Of a stretch of 64,000 nucleotides of DNA, positions 17,816 to 26,601 are shown in pieces. Position numbers and translations under genes: made by a program. Within the stretch, counting starts at the first letter, position 1, and the number at the start of each line of letters is the position of its first letter. The notes beneath the pieces were generated by a model that worked only from the letters and a program-made list of their open reading frames with translations, had not been told where the DNA came from and did not search any database. Source of the stretch: a virus. Taxonomy: Duplodnaviria; Caudoviricetes. The stretch spans positions 15,986 through 79,985 of the IMG/VR virus record IMGVR_UViG_3300033070_000479, one strand, 5' to 3'.

Positions 17816-18216
17816 TGGCAGAGTTTGCCGATATCGGCCTATCACCGAGGATCACGCCGTCTCGTATGGCCGCCATACGGGCTGAGTTCTCCGGTGATGC
17901 GTTAGAGCCGGCACTGTGGGTGGCGGACATTCTGTTGGCCGCAGTGCCTGATTACCCTGAAGGCGCCGTAGGCGGTCTCAAGTACCTCAAGGAAGACGTG
18001 GCGGCTGCGGCCGCCACGAAACCTTCAGTTTTTGGTATCGCAGACGGGTGGATGCTGTCCGGCACTCGGTCTTCTGGCGGATGGGACCTGGCAACTAACG
18101 CCGCCACAACTGTATCACTCGGGGACGCAAAATGGCTGTCGTGCAGGATGTACAACCTGACGGCGATCGTAGCGTCGAAGCGGGCGGAAGCGCAGAGGCT
18201 CCGCGGGCGGACGTAA
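17815..18216 (+). CDS. Hypothetical protein
   Basis: TAATG coupling with the previous gene. Confidence 0.6.
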   Translation: MAEFADIGLSPRITPSRMAAIRAEFSGDALEPALWVADILLAAVPDYPEGAVGGLKYLKEDVAAAAATKPSVFGIADGWMLSGTRSSGGWDLATNAATTVSLGDAKWLSCRMYNLTAIVASKRAEAQRLRGRT

Positions 18217-18890
18217 ACATCTGGGCCCGCGACGACGTGTACGGGTGCGTCCTGCTGGTAGAGGCGGTTGACAAATTCGGTACCGAGTTTCTGAGCTTCT
18301 CTCCTGAGACGTGGCGGGCAGAAATACGCGACACGTTCTTAGTAGAACCCAGCGACGCCTCGATTGACCGGCTGGCTGTGGCTGTGTCGATTGCTACTTC
18401 ACCTGACCCGTTCTTTAACACAGTCCGCGGATTCGACGTAGGCGCCCGGGTGCTGTCGTCTGCCGTAGAAGGGCGTCGCTTCGATCCACGTGACCTAGCA
18501 GACCTGTACGATTGTTTGTGGGCCGGGGTCGAGGCGCAGATAATCGACCGTGATCACCAGCCGTACTCTGACTTCGTCAAAGAGTACGTCAAGGTGTGCC
18601 GGCTGGCGTACTCGGCGCACGGCGACAGCGCTAACGCTTTGTTCGACTCGCTGTTCGGGCCTGGAACCGATCCCGGAGAAGACAAGGACGCCGTCGACGA
18701 CGGCACTGACGAGTGGGCGGCCGCGTTTGCCGGTAAGGAGGCGTCCAACAGGCAGCTAGTGGCGTACATTACTTCGGGTCTTCAAGACCTGAGTGAACAG
18801 TTTCGGTCGTTAGTGCTGCGCGGAGGAAATGCCAAACAACTGGCAGACCACATCGCACAGTCCCTACTAGGAGGCGGGTCAGGTGACTAA
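18132..18890 (+). CDS. Hypothetical acidic protein (start uncertain)
   Basis: 252-aa ORF; the true start is probably nearer 18216. Confidence 0.55.
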   Translation: MAVVQDVQPDGDRSVEAGGSAEAPRADVNIWARDDVYGCVLLVEAVDKFGTEFLSFSPETWRAEIRDTFLVEPSDASIDRLAVAVSIATSPDPFFNTVRGFDVGARVLSSAVEGRRFDPRDLADLYDCLWAGVEAQIIDRDHQPYSDFVKEYVKVCRLAYSAHGDSANALFDSLFGPGTDPGEDKDAVDDGTDEWAAAFAGKEASNRQLVAYITSGLQDLSEQFRSLVLRGGNAKQLADHIAQSLLGGGSGD

Positions 18891-19053
18891 ACCGCAAGCA
18901 GAGGCTCTGATTTCGTTACTCATCACCCACGGCAAGGCGGCGGTCGAGGACCACCCCAAACCGCTTACTCAGAGTGCCGCGTCTTTGGACGCCGTCATTC
19001 GAACTGCCGAGGCCCTGTTTAAGTCAGATCAGCCGGCGTCCGATAAGTCCTGA
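18883..19053 (+). CDS. Small hypothetical protein, 56 aa (not in ORF track)
   Basis: GTG 18883 to TGA 19053: MTKPQAEALISLLITHGKAAVEDHPK...DKS; followed by a terminator. Confidence 0.45.
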   Translation: MTKPQAEALISLLITHGKAAVEDHPKPLTQSAASLDAVIRTAEALFKSDQPASDKS

Positions 19054-19078
19054 GAGACTAACCTAACTCGACAAACCT

Positions 19079-19107
19079 GCCCGGCCTTGTGCCGGGCTTA
19101 TCTTTTT
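19079..19107 (+). terminator. Intrinsic terminator candidate
   Basis: gcccggc-cttgt-gccgggc followed by ttatcttttt. Confidence 0.65.
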
Positions 19108-19119
19108 ACGGAGACCTCG

Positions 19120-20130
19120 ATGTCTAAGTCGTTTCGCGAAATCTTGGAAGACGAGTACGCCGTTAACCCGTCCAGGCTGGGGTCACTGGCAGACTCCGCG
19201 TTTCGTCTAGTCAGAGTTCGTCGTAAGTGGTGGCGAGGGCAGCGCGTTATATCCGACGGGTCTGTCATAGTCGGCGACACCGCGGTCATAGGCGAGGCCG
19301 TCAGTGACCCGCGGTGGAACCTGCTGCCGGCGTACGTCAAGGAGGAGTTTTCCGCGCTGGAGTCGTCAGTAAACCGTGTTCTAGAGTCCTACGCCTGCGG
19401 CGGTAAGTACGCCTCCGGTACGGGCATGGAGTCTCTGGTCGGTAATGGGGTCTACGTCGTGGATTCCGTCGTGTGGCCGCGCGTGAAATCGCTGCTCGAC
19501 GCCGCAGCAGACCAGTGGGGTATTAAGGCCGACGCCTTGTGCAGCGGGGACGGGTATTCTCGGCTCGTGACGTCGGTTCGAGAAAAGGTTGCTGCCGGTA
19601 TCGGGACTACGGAGGTCACAGACGACGGCCGTCCGAAAGCCGAGGTCATGGTAGACCGGGCGGTGTCCCTGATTCCACGACCGGACGAGCTGCGTAAGAA
19701 GTTCGCCCTGTCCTACGAGATCATGCCGGTGCGACTGGCTCCGGATCAGTCTGACAGTGATTCCGACGTCGCGAGAGGGCGCAGGTCGGCTGCCCTGGAC
19801 GTCCTAGAGTCCGCGGTGCGTGTTCCGCGGGAGAAGCTGGCGAGCGCGTGCGCCAAGTTGAGCCAGGCGGCAAGAGACGCCGTTACCGGCGACGCTGTAA
19901 GGTCCACGACGCTGACGGCGGTCAACAAGGCGCTGGTGGAGTTCAGAGACCGAAACGGTAGGAGCGATCCAGTCCTGATTCAGGCCCTGGCGGCTCTCAC
20001 TATTAAGTTAGGGGAGGCGCCGTTCAAGACCGCGGACGCTCTAAACGGGTTGGCGGCTTCCGCAGAGTCCGTGTACGCGGCCGCCCTGTCTGAGTCAGGT
20101 ATGGCGGCTTCGCTAGGAGTAAGGTCATGA
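19120..20130 (+). CDS. Helical protein, DUF3150-like
   Basis: ATG 19120. WNLLPAYVKEEFSALESSVNRVLESY...GVYVV resembles the DUF3150 pattern by eye. Confidence 0.4.
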   Translation: MSKSFREILEDEYAVNPSRLGSLADSAFRLVRVRRKWWRGQRVISDGSVIVGDTAVIGEAVSDPRWNLLPAYVKEEFSALESSVNRVLESYACGGKYASGTGMESLVGNGVYVVDSVVWPRVKSLLDAAADQWGIKADALCSGDGYSRLVTSVREKVAAGIGTTEVTDDGRPKAEVMVDRAVSLIPRPDELRKKFALSYEIMPVRLAPDQSDSDSDVARGRRSAALDVLESAVRVPREKLASACAKLSQAARDAVTGDAVRSTTLTAVNKALVEFRDRNGRSDPVLIQALAALTIKLGEAPFKTADALNGLAASAESVYAAALSESGMAASLGVRS

Positions 20131-20945
20131 GTCGTCGTACAGACATGACCGCCCAACAGGCTGCGGTATGGAGGGTGACACAGTCGATCTTAGTTAAGAG
20201 GTCTAAAGGCCAGTGCGAGTTGTGCGGGTGCAAAGCCCTGTTCTTCAGCTCGGCCGTGACGACTTACGGCTCGGCGGCGCGCATCTCTGAGAACGGTGTG
20301 ATCACGGTTGTTCAAAACGGCGCGTCGATCATGTGCGCGGCGGCGTGCGGAGGGCACCTGTTTCCGAGAACTAAGCACGGCGACGGACCTGGAAACGCGC
20401 TGTACCTGTGCAAGGCGTGCGAGGTGGCCATGACCAACAGGCACAAGATAGGAGGTAAGGCTTACAAGTGGCCGTACAAGGCTGTAAAGCGCGCCAAGAA
20501 ATGGTGGTCCCCGGAAGCTTCGTCCGTGTTCTGCGTCGACTCTATTCTGCGGGCCAGAAGTCGCATGGAGGCGGGAGACGGCGGCATGGCGCACGTGATC
20601 ACGACCAACTGGGTCAAAGTCGCCGCACACAGGCACGCCGAGACTGACAACGAGCTGGCTTGGGTATTCGGGAAGCTGGTGTCGTTCCCTAAATCCGGTT
20701 ACCTGAAGATAACCGGATATCACCCTGACGTGACGGATCAGTCGATTTGGTTCAACTGCAAGCTGGGAACGCGGTCGAACCAGTCAGCGACCGGGGACAC
20801 GCCTGCCGCGGAGAGCACGGCTTCCACCGCAGACGACTCGGGTCCGCGCAGCAATTCCGCTCTTTTGGCGACGGTAGCTACCGCAGACGGGCCCCAGGCC
20901 GTAAACAGCTCGTGGTCTGCTGAGGAGATGTCTGACTTGCTGTAG
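20127..20945 (+). CDS. Hypothetical Cys-containing protein (possible Zn-finger/HNH-like N-terminus)
   Basis: GQCELCG...CGGH...LYLCKAC. The 3-prime end overlaps an antisense gene. Confidence 0.5.
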   Translation: MSRRTDMTAQQAAVWRVTQSILVKRSKGQCELCGCKALFFSSAVTTYGSAARISENGVITVVQNGASIMCAAACGGHLFPRTKHGDGPGNALYLCKACEVAMTNRHKIGGKAYKWPYKAVKRAKKWWSPEASSVFCVDSILRARSRMEAGDGGMAHVITTNWVKVAAHRHAETDNELAWVFGKLVSFPKSGYLKITGYHPDVTDQSIWFNCKLGTRSNQSATGDTPAAESTASTADDSGPRSNSALLATVATADGPQAVNSSWSAEEMSDLL

Positions 20946-21745
20946 ACCTTACCGGACGCCGACGGGATCAACTCGTCGGCGGCCTTTTTAGCGGCCGTCG
21001 GAGTCAACGACGTCAGGTGCTGGTGCGGGTCCGGCAGCTTCCACCCCATAGCTTTGTCCAAGTCCTTCAGAAGTTCAGCCGCCTTGTAGGGGCACCCGCC
21101 GTCTCGAACTTCCACCTCAGCCGTGCACACGGCCTTGAGGAGGTCCTTGTCAGCCGACGCGAGTTTGAGTCTGGGTTCGAACGCGGCAGACAGGTCCGAC
21201 GGGGCCCCCAGCCCGGCCATGCGTTCTACGACACACCGGTCTCCAAACTTGAGGGCCGGCATAGAGTCGTCAGCGAGAAGCACGTTTTCTGCGAACTTAA
21301 CCCTGTCCTGTTCTGCGAAAGAGGAGGCGTGCTCCATCAAGTAAGAAGCAGCCGTGACGACGTCTGCGGCCGTTTTGACCGGGTACTTCTTTTGTTCCGG
21401 AAGACAGTAGTGCGGTTCCGGCGTCGACTTGTCTTCCGAGTCCCACACGGACAGGACGTCAAAAGCCGCCGCAGCCGCCTTAATGCGGTCGGCGACCGGG
21501 TGGTTCTTGGGTCCGTCCAGGTACTGGTACGTCAGGGCTGACGCCACCACCGAGGCCGGGTCGAAAATCGGGAATTGCCGAGTAGACGGGTCGGCGTACT
21601 TATCGGGGTACAGCCCGGCCCACTTTTCAGCGCCGTCCAGTAAGGTTTCAGGAGCCCCGGCCGCTTCGGCCGCCGCCTTCACGAACGGCAACCCACCCTT
21701 GGCGGCCGGACCAGGCTGCACGGGGGTAGAGAAAGCGGAGGACAT
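20738..21745 (-). CDS. Hypothetical protein with a duplicated (Y/H)xxP..(R/K)(F/Y)P(I/V) motif, possibly head/scaffold associated
   Basis: ATG at 21745 preceded on the minus strand by AACAGGGA. KYADPSTRQFPI and HYCLPEQKKYPV repeats. Confidence 0.65.
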   Translation of the reverse strand: MSSAFSTPVQPGPAAKGGLPFVKAAAEAAGAPETLLDGAEKWAGLYPDKYADPSTRQFPIFDPASVVASALTYQYLDGPKNHPVADRIKAAAAAFDVLSVWDSEDKSTPEPHYCLPEQKKYPVKTAADVVTAASYLMEHASSFAEQDRVKFAENVLLADDSMPALKFGDRCVVERMAGLGAPSDLSAAFEPRLKLASADKDLLKAVCTAEVEVRDGGCPYKAAELLKDLDKAMGWKLPDPHQHLTSLTPTAAKKAADELIPSASGKVYSKSDISSADHELFTAWGPSAVATVAKRAELLRGPESSAVEAVLSAAGVSPVADWFDRVPSLQLNQID

Positions 21746-21749
21746 AATC

Positions 21750-23087
21750 GTGATCCCTGTTGAGGACTGGCCCGGCGATCCCGGCCGCGTTTGGTCTCTA
21801 CTCGGACTAACCATCAGTGTAGCGGATGGATGGGCCGAGTGTCCTAATTGTAACTCGTCGGCAAAACTTAAAACAACACCCGTGGGCGGCTGGTGGTACT
21901 CCTGCCCCGAGTGCGGGTCGTGCGGGTGCCCCGCCGATGCCGTAACAACCTTTAGAAGGTCGTCCGACGACGACGCGGTACGTGAGTGGGCGGCTTCTGC
22001 CGAACACCCGGGTGTTAGGTCGGCACAGATAACAGAATGGCGGCGGGCTGTCCGCGCCAGGGACATCCTCAAAAACCTGTCGACGCTGGTGTGTGACTCG
22101 GTACTGGGTTCTCAACGCTTAGTGATGAAACACAACTTTCCTCCCAGGAAGCCGTCTTCCGAGTGGGGGTTCGTCCGTGGCGACAAGGTTACGGACGCGG
22201 CGTCTAAGCTGGCCCGCATTGGCGGGTTCTCAATACACGCCAAGACGCTGGCTTCAGAGACCGACGGGTCTTGCTCCGTGGCGCTGATTCCGGGAGAAGA
22301 CGGGATTCGGTTCACAGGGGTGTGGGTTCTGGGCATCAGCGGGCGGTGGAACTGGCTCGGATACCGCGGTAGGGGGTGGAAAGAGTCGGCTTACGCTTTT
22401 GCGCCATTCGGGTTTTCCGGGGTGTGGATTAACCCGGTCGACGCCCTGCGGAGGGGAGGGGCGGTCGTTCGCGGGAGCCCGGCCGTGGCGGCAGCCCTAG
22501 TAAAAGACCTGGCCGATGTTCGAAACGGTAATGCGCTCGTCGGCAGGCCCCTGTGCCCGGCCGGTCTGGCCTTAGCGTCTGTCGGTAACTTCGACACAAC
22601 TGACCGGACCGGTATTCTCGTGCCCTGGAGGGACGCCGCGGCAGACAGGCTCAGGTCCATGCCCGCCAAGGACTGCGCCGGGTTCCTGTCGGCAGCAAAC
22701 TGGACGGGGGCCGCGCCTACGTCTTGGCCGGCAGCCGCCAAGGTTGCCGCGTCTTGCTCAGTTAAACACGCAAAGAGGTCTGTGGTGGTGTGCGGTAGCC
22801 GTACCTTCATCAAACTCATTCACGGGTGGGAGGACGCGGAGACGGGGGAGCAGGTGATAAACCGATCGGTAGTCGTCTCTCGAGAGTCCACGGAGTCAGG
22901 TGTCGTGTACCACCTGAGCGTGGCGTCCCAGTACAAGACTTGGACCGGGTCGTGTAAGTCCAGAGACTTCCGTCGCGACCCGATCGGTGCCGTAGAAGCC
23001 GTGTGCGAAGGGGACGTGTCGTACTCCGTCGGAGTCAACAAGCTCCTGTACCACTTAGCAGGGTCTCAAGTCTTAAACGACGGGTGA
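21750..23087 (+). CDS. Protein with N-terminal primase-like (CHC2-type) Zn finger
   Basis: GTG 21750 after GGAGGA. ECPNC...WYSCPECG...DAV; no TOPRIM acidic motif seen. Confidence 0.5.
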   Translation: MIPVEDWPGDPGRVWSLLGLTISVADGWAECPNCNSSAKLKTTPVGGWWYSCPECGSCGCPADAVTTFRRSSDDDAVREWAASAEHPGVRSAQITEWRRAVRARDILKNLSTLVCDSVLGSQRLVMKHNFPPRKPSSEWGFVRGDKVTDAASKLARIGGFSIHAKTLASETDGSCSVALIPGEDGIRFTGVWVLGISGRWNWLGYRGRGWKESAYAFAPFGFSGVWINPVDALRRGGAVVRGSPAVAAALVKDLADVRNGNALVGRPLCPAGLALASVGNFDTTDRTGILVPWRDAAADRLRSMPAKDCAGFLSAANWTGAAPTSWPAAAKVAASCSVKHAKRSVVVCGSRTFIKLIHGWEDAETGEQVINRSVVVSRESTESGVVYHLSVASQYKTWTGSCKSRDFRRDPIGAVEAVCEGDVSYSVGVNKLLYHLAGSQVLNDG

Positions 23088-24751
23088 GCCCCCGTGTAGT
23101 GCCAGCAGATCCACGTGGCCATGTTAGTGGCCTGTGCGAAGTCGTCGGAGACCTCGTCAGAGACCCGGCGAACAGAGTACTTAGCCCTGGCGCCGGAATC
23201 GACGTAGTGTTCGACCAGGTAGGTGAAGTCTCTCAATATGCCGGGGCTGTCGTCGGACTTATAGTCGTCTTTGAAGAACCGTATCTTACCTCGTTTAATA
23301 GCCTCGGCCGTTAACGACAACGACCGAGGCTTATCGACGTGGTAGTACCCCCGCGTCCTGTTACCGGAGGCCGGTAAGAACGAGACAATCAGTGACGACC
23401 CTACAGACGCGTAAACAATAGGCGCAGTCCTGTTGTCGGGCAGGCCGTACACACGCATAAGATCCTGCCGAGCCGCACCGTTACCGTTGTAGTCGTGGGC
23501 CACCAGGTTCACTTCAAACGCGTTACAGACCTGGAGAATACGCTTAACCTGCTCGAGAGAGTCCTCGCCCAGGGGCCTCTTCTCGCCGTAGAGTACGTCA
23601 ACGCCTCCGTCCGCCGACAGCGCCACGATAGACAAGGCGGTTCGGCTGGACCCGTCTTCGCCGCCGCCGGACCAGTCTACCCCGGCTACGACCATGTGAT
23701 ACCCGGCCATGCGGCGGTACTGGACGGCCTTATCAATGTCGTCGATGGGCAGTACTGCCGCCGCCTTCATCTGCTCGACGCTGAGGAGGCGGTGCGCGGA
23801 GTCGAACGGCTCACCGAGTACTTCGTTGTAGAACTTACCGATACCGTAGTCGCTGTCTCGTTTTTCTAGTAGTTCCCGCCACTTACGCGGACTGGCGTAG
23901 TGGTCCGGCATGATGATCTGCGGGATGTGCAGACCCAACGAGCGACCGGCCATCTCAGGACGGCGGTGGTGCCACCACCCGTGCCGGGGGGATATCGGCT
24001 TCTGGCACCACGGGCACACGGTGCCGGGCCTCTCTTCCGATATGTCCTGGCTCCAAGGCCCGATCATCTTCTCAATCTGACCGTGCGGGTGGCAGGCGGC
24101 TACCGCAACTTTGCCGCACGAATGACACGGCGTGTGCCACACGGACATGGTCGACTTTACGTACTGCTTCTCGAGAGTCGTGTCGTTGGTCTTACTGGTA
24201 CCGCCGAACGTAATAATCTTAGGCCGCTGAGACACACACTCTAGTATGATCGGGATGAACTCGGGGTCCATGTCCTGGGCTTCGTCGATAATAGCGCACG
24301 AGTTGTGAAAACCTCGGATCTGGTCGACCCTCAAGTAGGCGTAAAGGAAGTTCACCAGAGACCCGTTAGAAAACCGCCTACGCCTGACTGCCCCGTAATC
24401 ACCGTCCGGGCACAGCATGGACCTTATCGGGCTCGACGACAATATCGGCAACATGTACTGCTCGCTAAGTCTGTCCGACTGAGACATTAGCGGGCAAACA
24501 ACCATCGACTGCAAGTGTGGAATAAACCCGGAGTGCAGTAGCAGCCGCGCCATCATGGCGATGGATTTACCGACACCGCGGCCCGCCCGCAGCACAGTAA
24601 TCTCTGGGACGTTAGACGAGTAATACGGCCGAAACGGCAAGTAGTCTACAGAGTTGAGAGGCCTACCCTTAAACGACAGGAGACCGGGCACTGAGTCCGC
24701 TAAGGACGCCAAGTGCAGAGAATTATCGCCTACAACACTTACCTTAGACAT
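23066..24751 (-). CDS. terL: Terminase large subunit
   Basis: Walker A VLRAGRGVGKS, Walker B IIDEAQDM, GGTSK; nuclease acidic residues VAGVDWSG, VAHDYNG, DDFAQA; internal CHSC...CPWC. Confidence 0.85.
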   Translation of the reverse strand: MSKVSVVGDNSLHLASLADSVPGLLSFKGRPLNSVDYLPFRPYYSSNVPEITVLRAGRGVGKSIAMMARLLLHSGFIPHLQSMVVCPLMSQSDRLSEQYMLPILSSSPIRSMLCPDGDYGAVRRRRFSNGSLVNFLYAYLRVDQIRGFHNSCAIIDEAQDMDPEFIPIILECVSQRPKIITFGGTSKTNDTTLEKQYVKSTMSVWHTPCHSCGKVAVAACHPHGQIEKMIGPWSQDISEERPGTVCPWCQKPISPRHGWWHHRRPEMAGRSLGLHIPQIIMPDHYASPRKWRELLEKRDSDYGIGKFYNEVLGEPFDSAHRLLSVEQMKAAAVLPIDDIDKAVQYRRMAGYHMVVAGVDWSGGGEDGSSRTALSIVALSADGGVDVLYGEKRPLGEDSLEQVKRILQVCNAFEVNLVAHDYNGNGAARQDLMRVYGLPDNRTAPIVYASVGSSLIVSFLPASGNRTRGYYHVDKPRSLSLTAEAIKRGKIRFFKDDYKSDDSPGILRDFTYLVEHYVDSGARAKYSVRRVSDEVSDDFAQATNMATWICWHYTGAHPSFKT

Positions 24752-24920
24752 ACGGAGATCCTGTTGTCCGCAACTACTACTTCTAGCCAGTCCGTCTGGT
24801 CACTATACCCGAAAGCCGTCGGGGCGTGGATATGCTTGATGGTCCTCGGGGGGTCTGGAGAAGACAGAGAAACAGCCATGTGGCTGGTGTTCGGGTTCTT
24901 CGTACTGAGAGGAGTTTCTA

Positions 24921-25646
24921 GTGGCAAGTAAGTGTAACAGCCTTAGACGACGCGGAGGGGCTGCGGCGTCACCACGCACGTCAAACATAAAGCTAGGGCC
25001 GGTTGCGGCTACGTACGTAAGTCAGAAGTCGTGCCCTAAAACATGCCCGTTCTACAACAACGGGTGTTACGCCGAGTACGGACCCATGTACTGGGCGGTG
25101 ACTTCAAAGGTTAACGCGTCGGCCGGAGACGATACTACGACGCAACTCGCTAAAGACGAAGCGGCTCTTATCGACGAGCTGCCGGCAGACGTACCTCTCC
25201 GACTTCACGTCGTGGGCGACTGCTCTACCAAAACCGCCGCTGCGATAGTTTCTGCAGCAGCCGACAGGTATGAAGAACGGGGAGCAGCTGCCGGAAACGA
25301 AGCTAGCGTGTGGACCTACACACACGCCTGGAAGAAGGTGCCTCGTAAAGAATGGAAGCAAGTATCAGTTCTGGCGTCGTGCGAGAACGCGGATCAGGTA
25401 AAAGAAGCCACAGAGGCCGGGTACGCAACGGCCGTGGTCGTACCGGAGTTCAAACAAAACAGCGCGTACGAAGCAGACGGGATAAAGCTGATTCCGTGCC
25501 CGCAGCAAACTGGCAAGTGCGCGTCATGCCTAGACTGCAAGCTCTGTACCCGCGACGCCACGCTGCGTAACCGGGGGTTGACGATCGCATTCATCCCTCA
25601 CGGACCCGGGACGAAAAAAGTACGAAAATCCCTTGACGTGATCTAG
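24921..25646 (+). CDS. Cys-rich Gp88-like / radical-SAM-like phage protein
   Basis: SCPKTCPFYNNGCYA, LRLHVVGD, WTYTH, CPQQ...CLDCKLC. Confidence 0.6.
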   Translation: MASKCNSLRRRGGAAASPRTSNIKLGPVAATYVSQKSCPKTCPFYNNGCYAEYGPMYWAVTSKVNASAGDDTTTQLAKDEAALIDELPADVPLRLHVVGDCSTKTAAAIVSAAADRYEERGAAAGNEASVWTYTHAWKKVPRKEWKQVSVLASCENADQVKEATEAGYATAVVVPEFKQNSAYEADGIKLIPCPQQTGKCASCLDCKLCTRDATLRNRGLTIAFIPHGPGTKKVRKSLDVI

Positions 25647-25705
25647 ACGACAGAAGACGAGGCGCAGATACGGCGATATCATACCGGAAACCGAGGAGCT
25701 TCCGA

Positions 25706-26002
25706 ATGTTAACGCCGTACAGTGCGCCAGTTACGGTAGTTTCTGTCACGAGGTCTGTTGTCAAAAGAACAGACTCCTGCTGCGGTGACTCAGACCCGAA
25801 CACGCTGCGCGAAAGTCTGATACCGGTATACGCCCACTTTCAAGCCTTTCAAGAGACCATCCGGAAGTTCAGTTCGAATAAGGGAAAGCCGCTCGCCGTT
25901 TACGACCAGGCAGAGCTTCTAGCAGCGGCACTCATCAAGCTCGTAGTGGACATGAAAGGCAAGTCTGACGTAGCTCCTCCTGAGATTTTTGACGAGGAAT
26001 AG
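25706..26002 (+). CDS. Hypothetical protein
   Basis: ATG after GAGGAG; 98 aa. Confidence 0.5.
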   Translation: MLTPYSAPVTVVSVTRSVVKRTDSCCGDSDPNTLRESLIPVYAHFQAFQETIRKFSSNKGKPLAVYDQAELLAAALIKLVVDMKGKSDVAPPEIFDEE

Positions 26003-26176
26003 AAATAAGTAGATTTACGTAAATACCTGGTAGTGCCTAGAGTTACGTCAAATGACCTAAAATGGCTAGTTTCTGACATTCGTCTTAGCGTAATAGTAAT
26101 ATAAGTGCTTACAGTACAACGACTTGCGATACTCGTACAAACGTCTCGTAGTGACGAAGTCCAGCAAAAGCAGTTC

Positions 26177-26206
26177 TTTTTGTGTCAAAAATATTTTACA
26201 CAAAAA
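26177..26206. repeat. AT-rich inverted repeat
   Basis: tttttgtgt-c-aaaa-ata-tttt-acacaaaaa. Confidence 0.75.
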
Positions 26207-26332
26207 TCGTAAGTTACGGATGGTCAACAAGTTACGCCATTCAAGTACTGGTTAGAGAGTAGCAAGATTTGGAACGTAACCTGTGTAGTTGCAACTACTT
26301 GGAGCATTTAGACGGTGCCAGAGGGGGGAGGC

Positions 26333-26362
26333 TTGACGTTTGCCTAATTCCCCCCCTATAAC
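26333..26362 (+). promoter_or_regulatory. Sigma70-type promoter candidate upstream of the replication cluster
   Basis: TTGACG (26333-26338), 18-nt spacer, TATAAC (26357-26362); 5/6 consensus match in both boxes. Confidence 0.6.
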
Positions 26363-26376
26363 CCCCCGGGGGGGAA

Positions 26377-26443
26377 GTGTTCCACTGAACCCCTGATGAG
26401 TGTTCCATAGAACACTCATCTTCAGGGGTTCAGTAAGGAACAC
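26377..26443. repeat. Long imperfect inverted repeat (about 29-bp stem, two 2-nt bulges, CATA loop)
   Basis: gtgttccactgaacccctgatgagtgttc-cata-gaacactcatcttcaggggttcagtaaggaacac. Confidence 0.85.
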
Positions 26444-26601
26444 CACATATACCCGCGCGTGGCGACGCCACACGCCTCGCCTCCACTTCCGTTACGGCTT
26501 CGGCGGTGGCTGCATCCGCGAACACGGCATTACCCCCGTAGGTCCCTTCTAACGTCTGTAAGAATATCAGAAAGATAGCAGCAGAAATAAACCATGCACC
26601 G

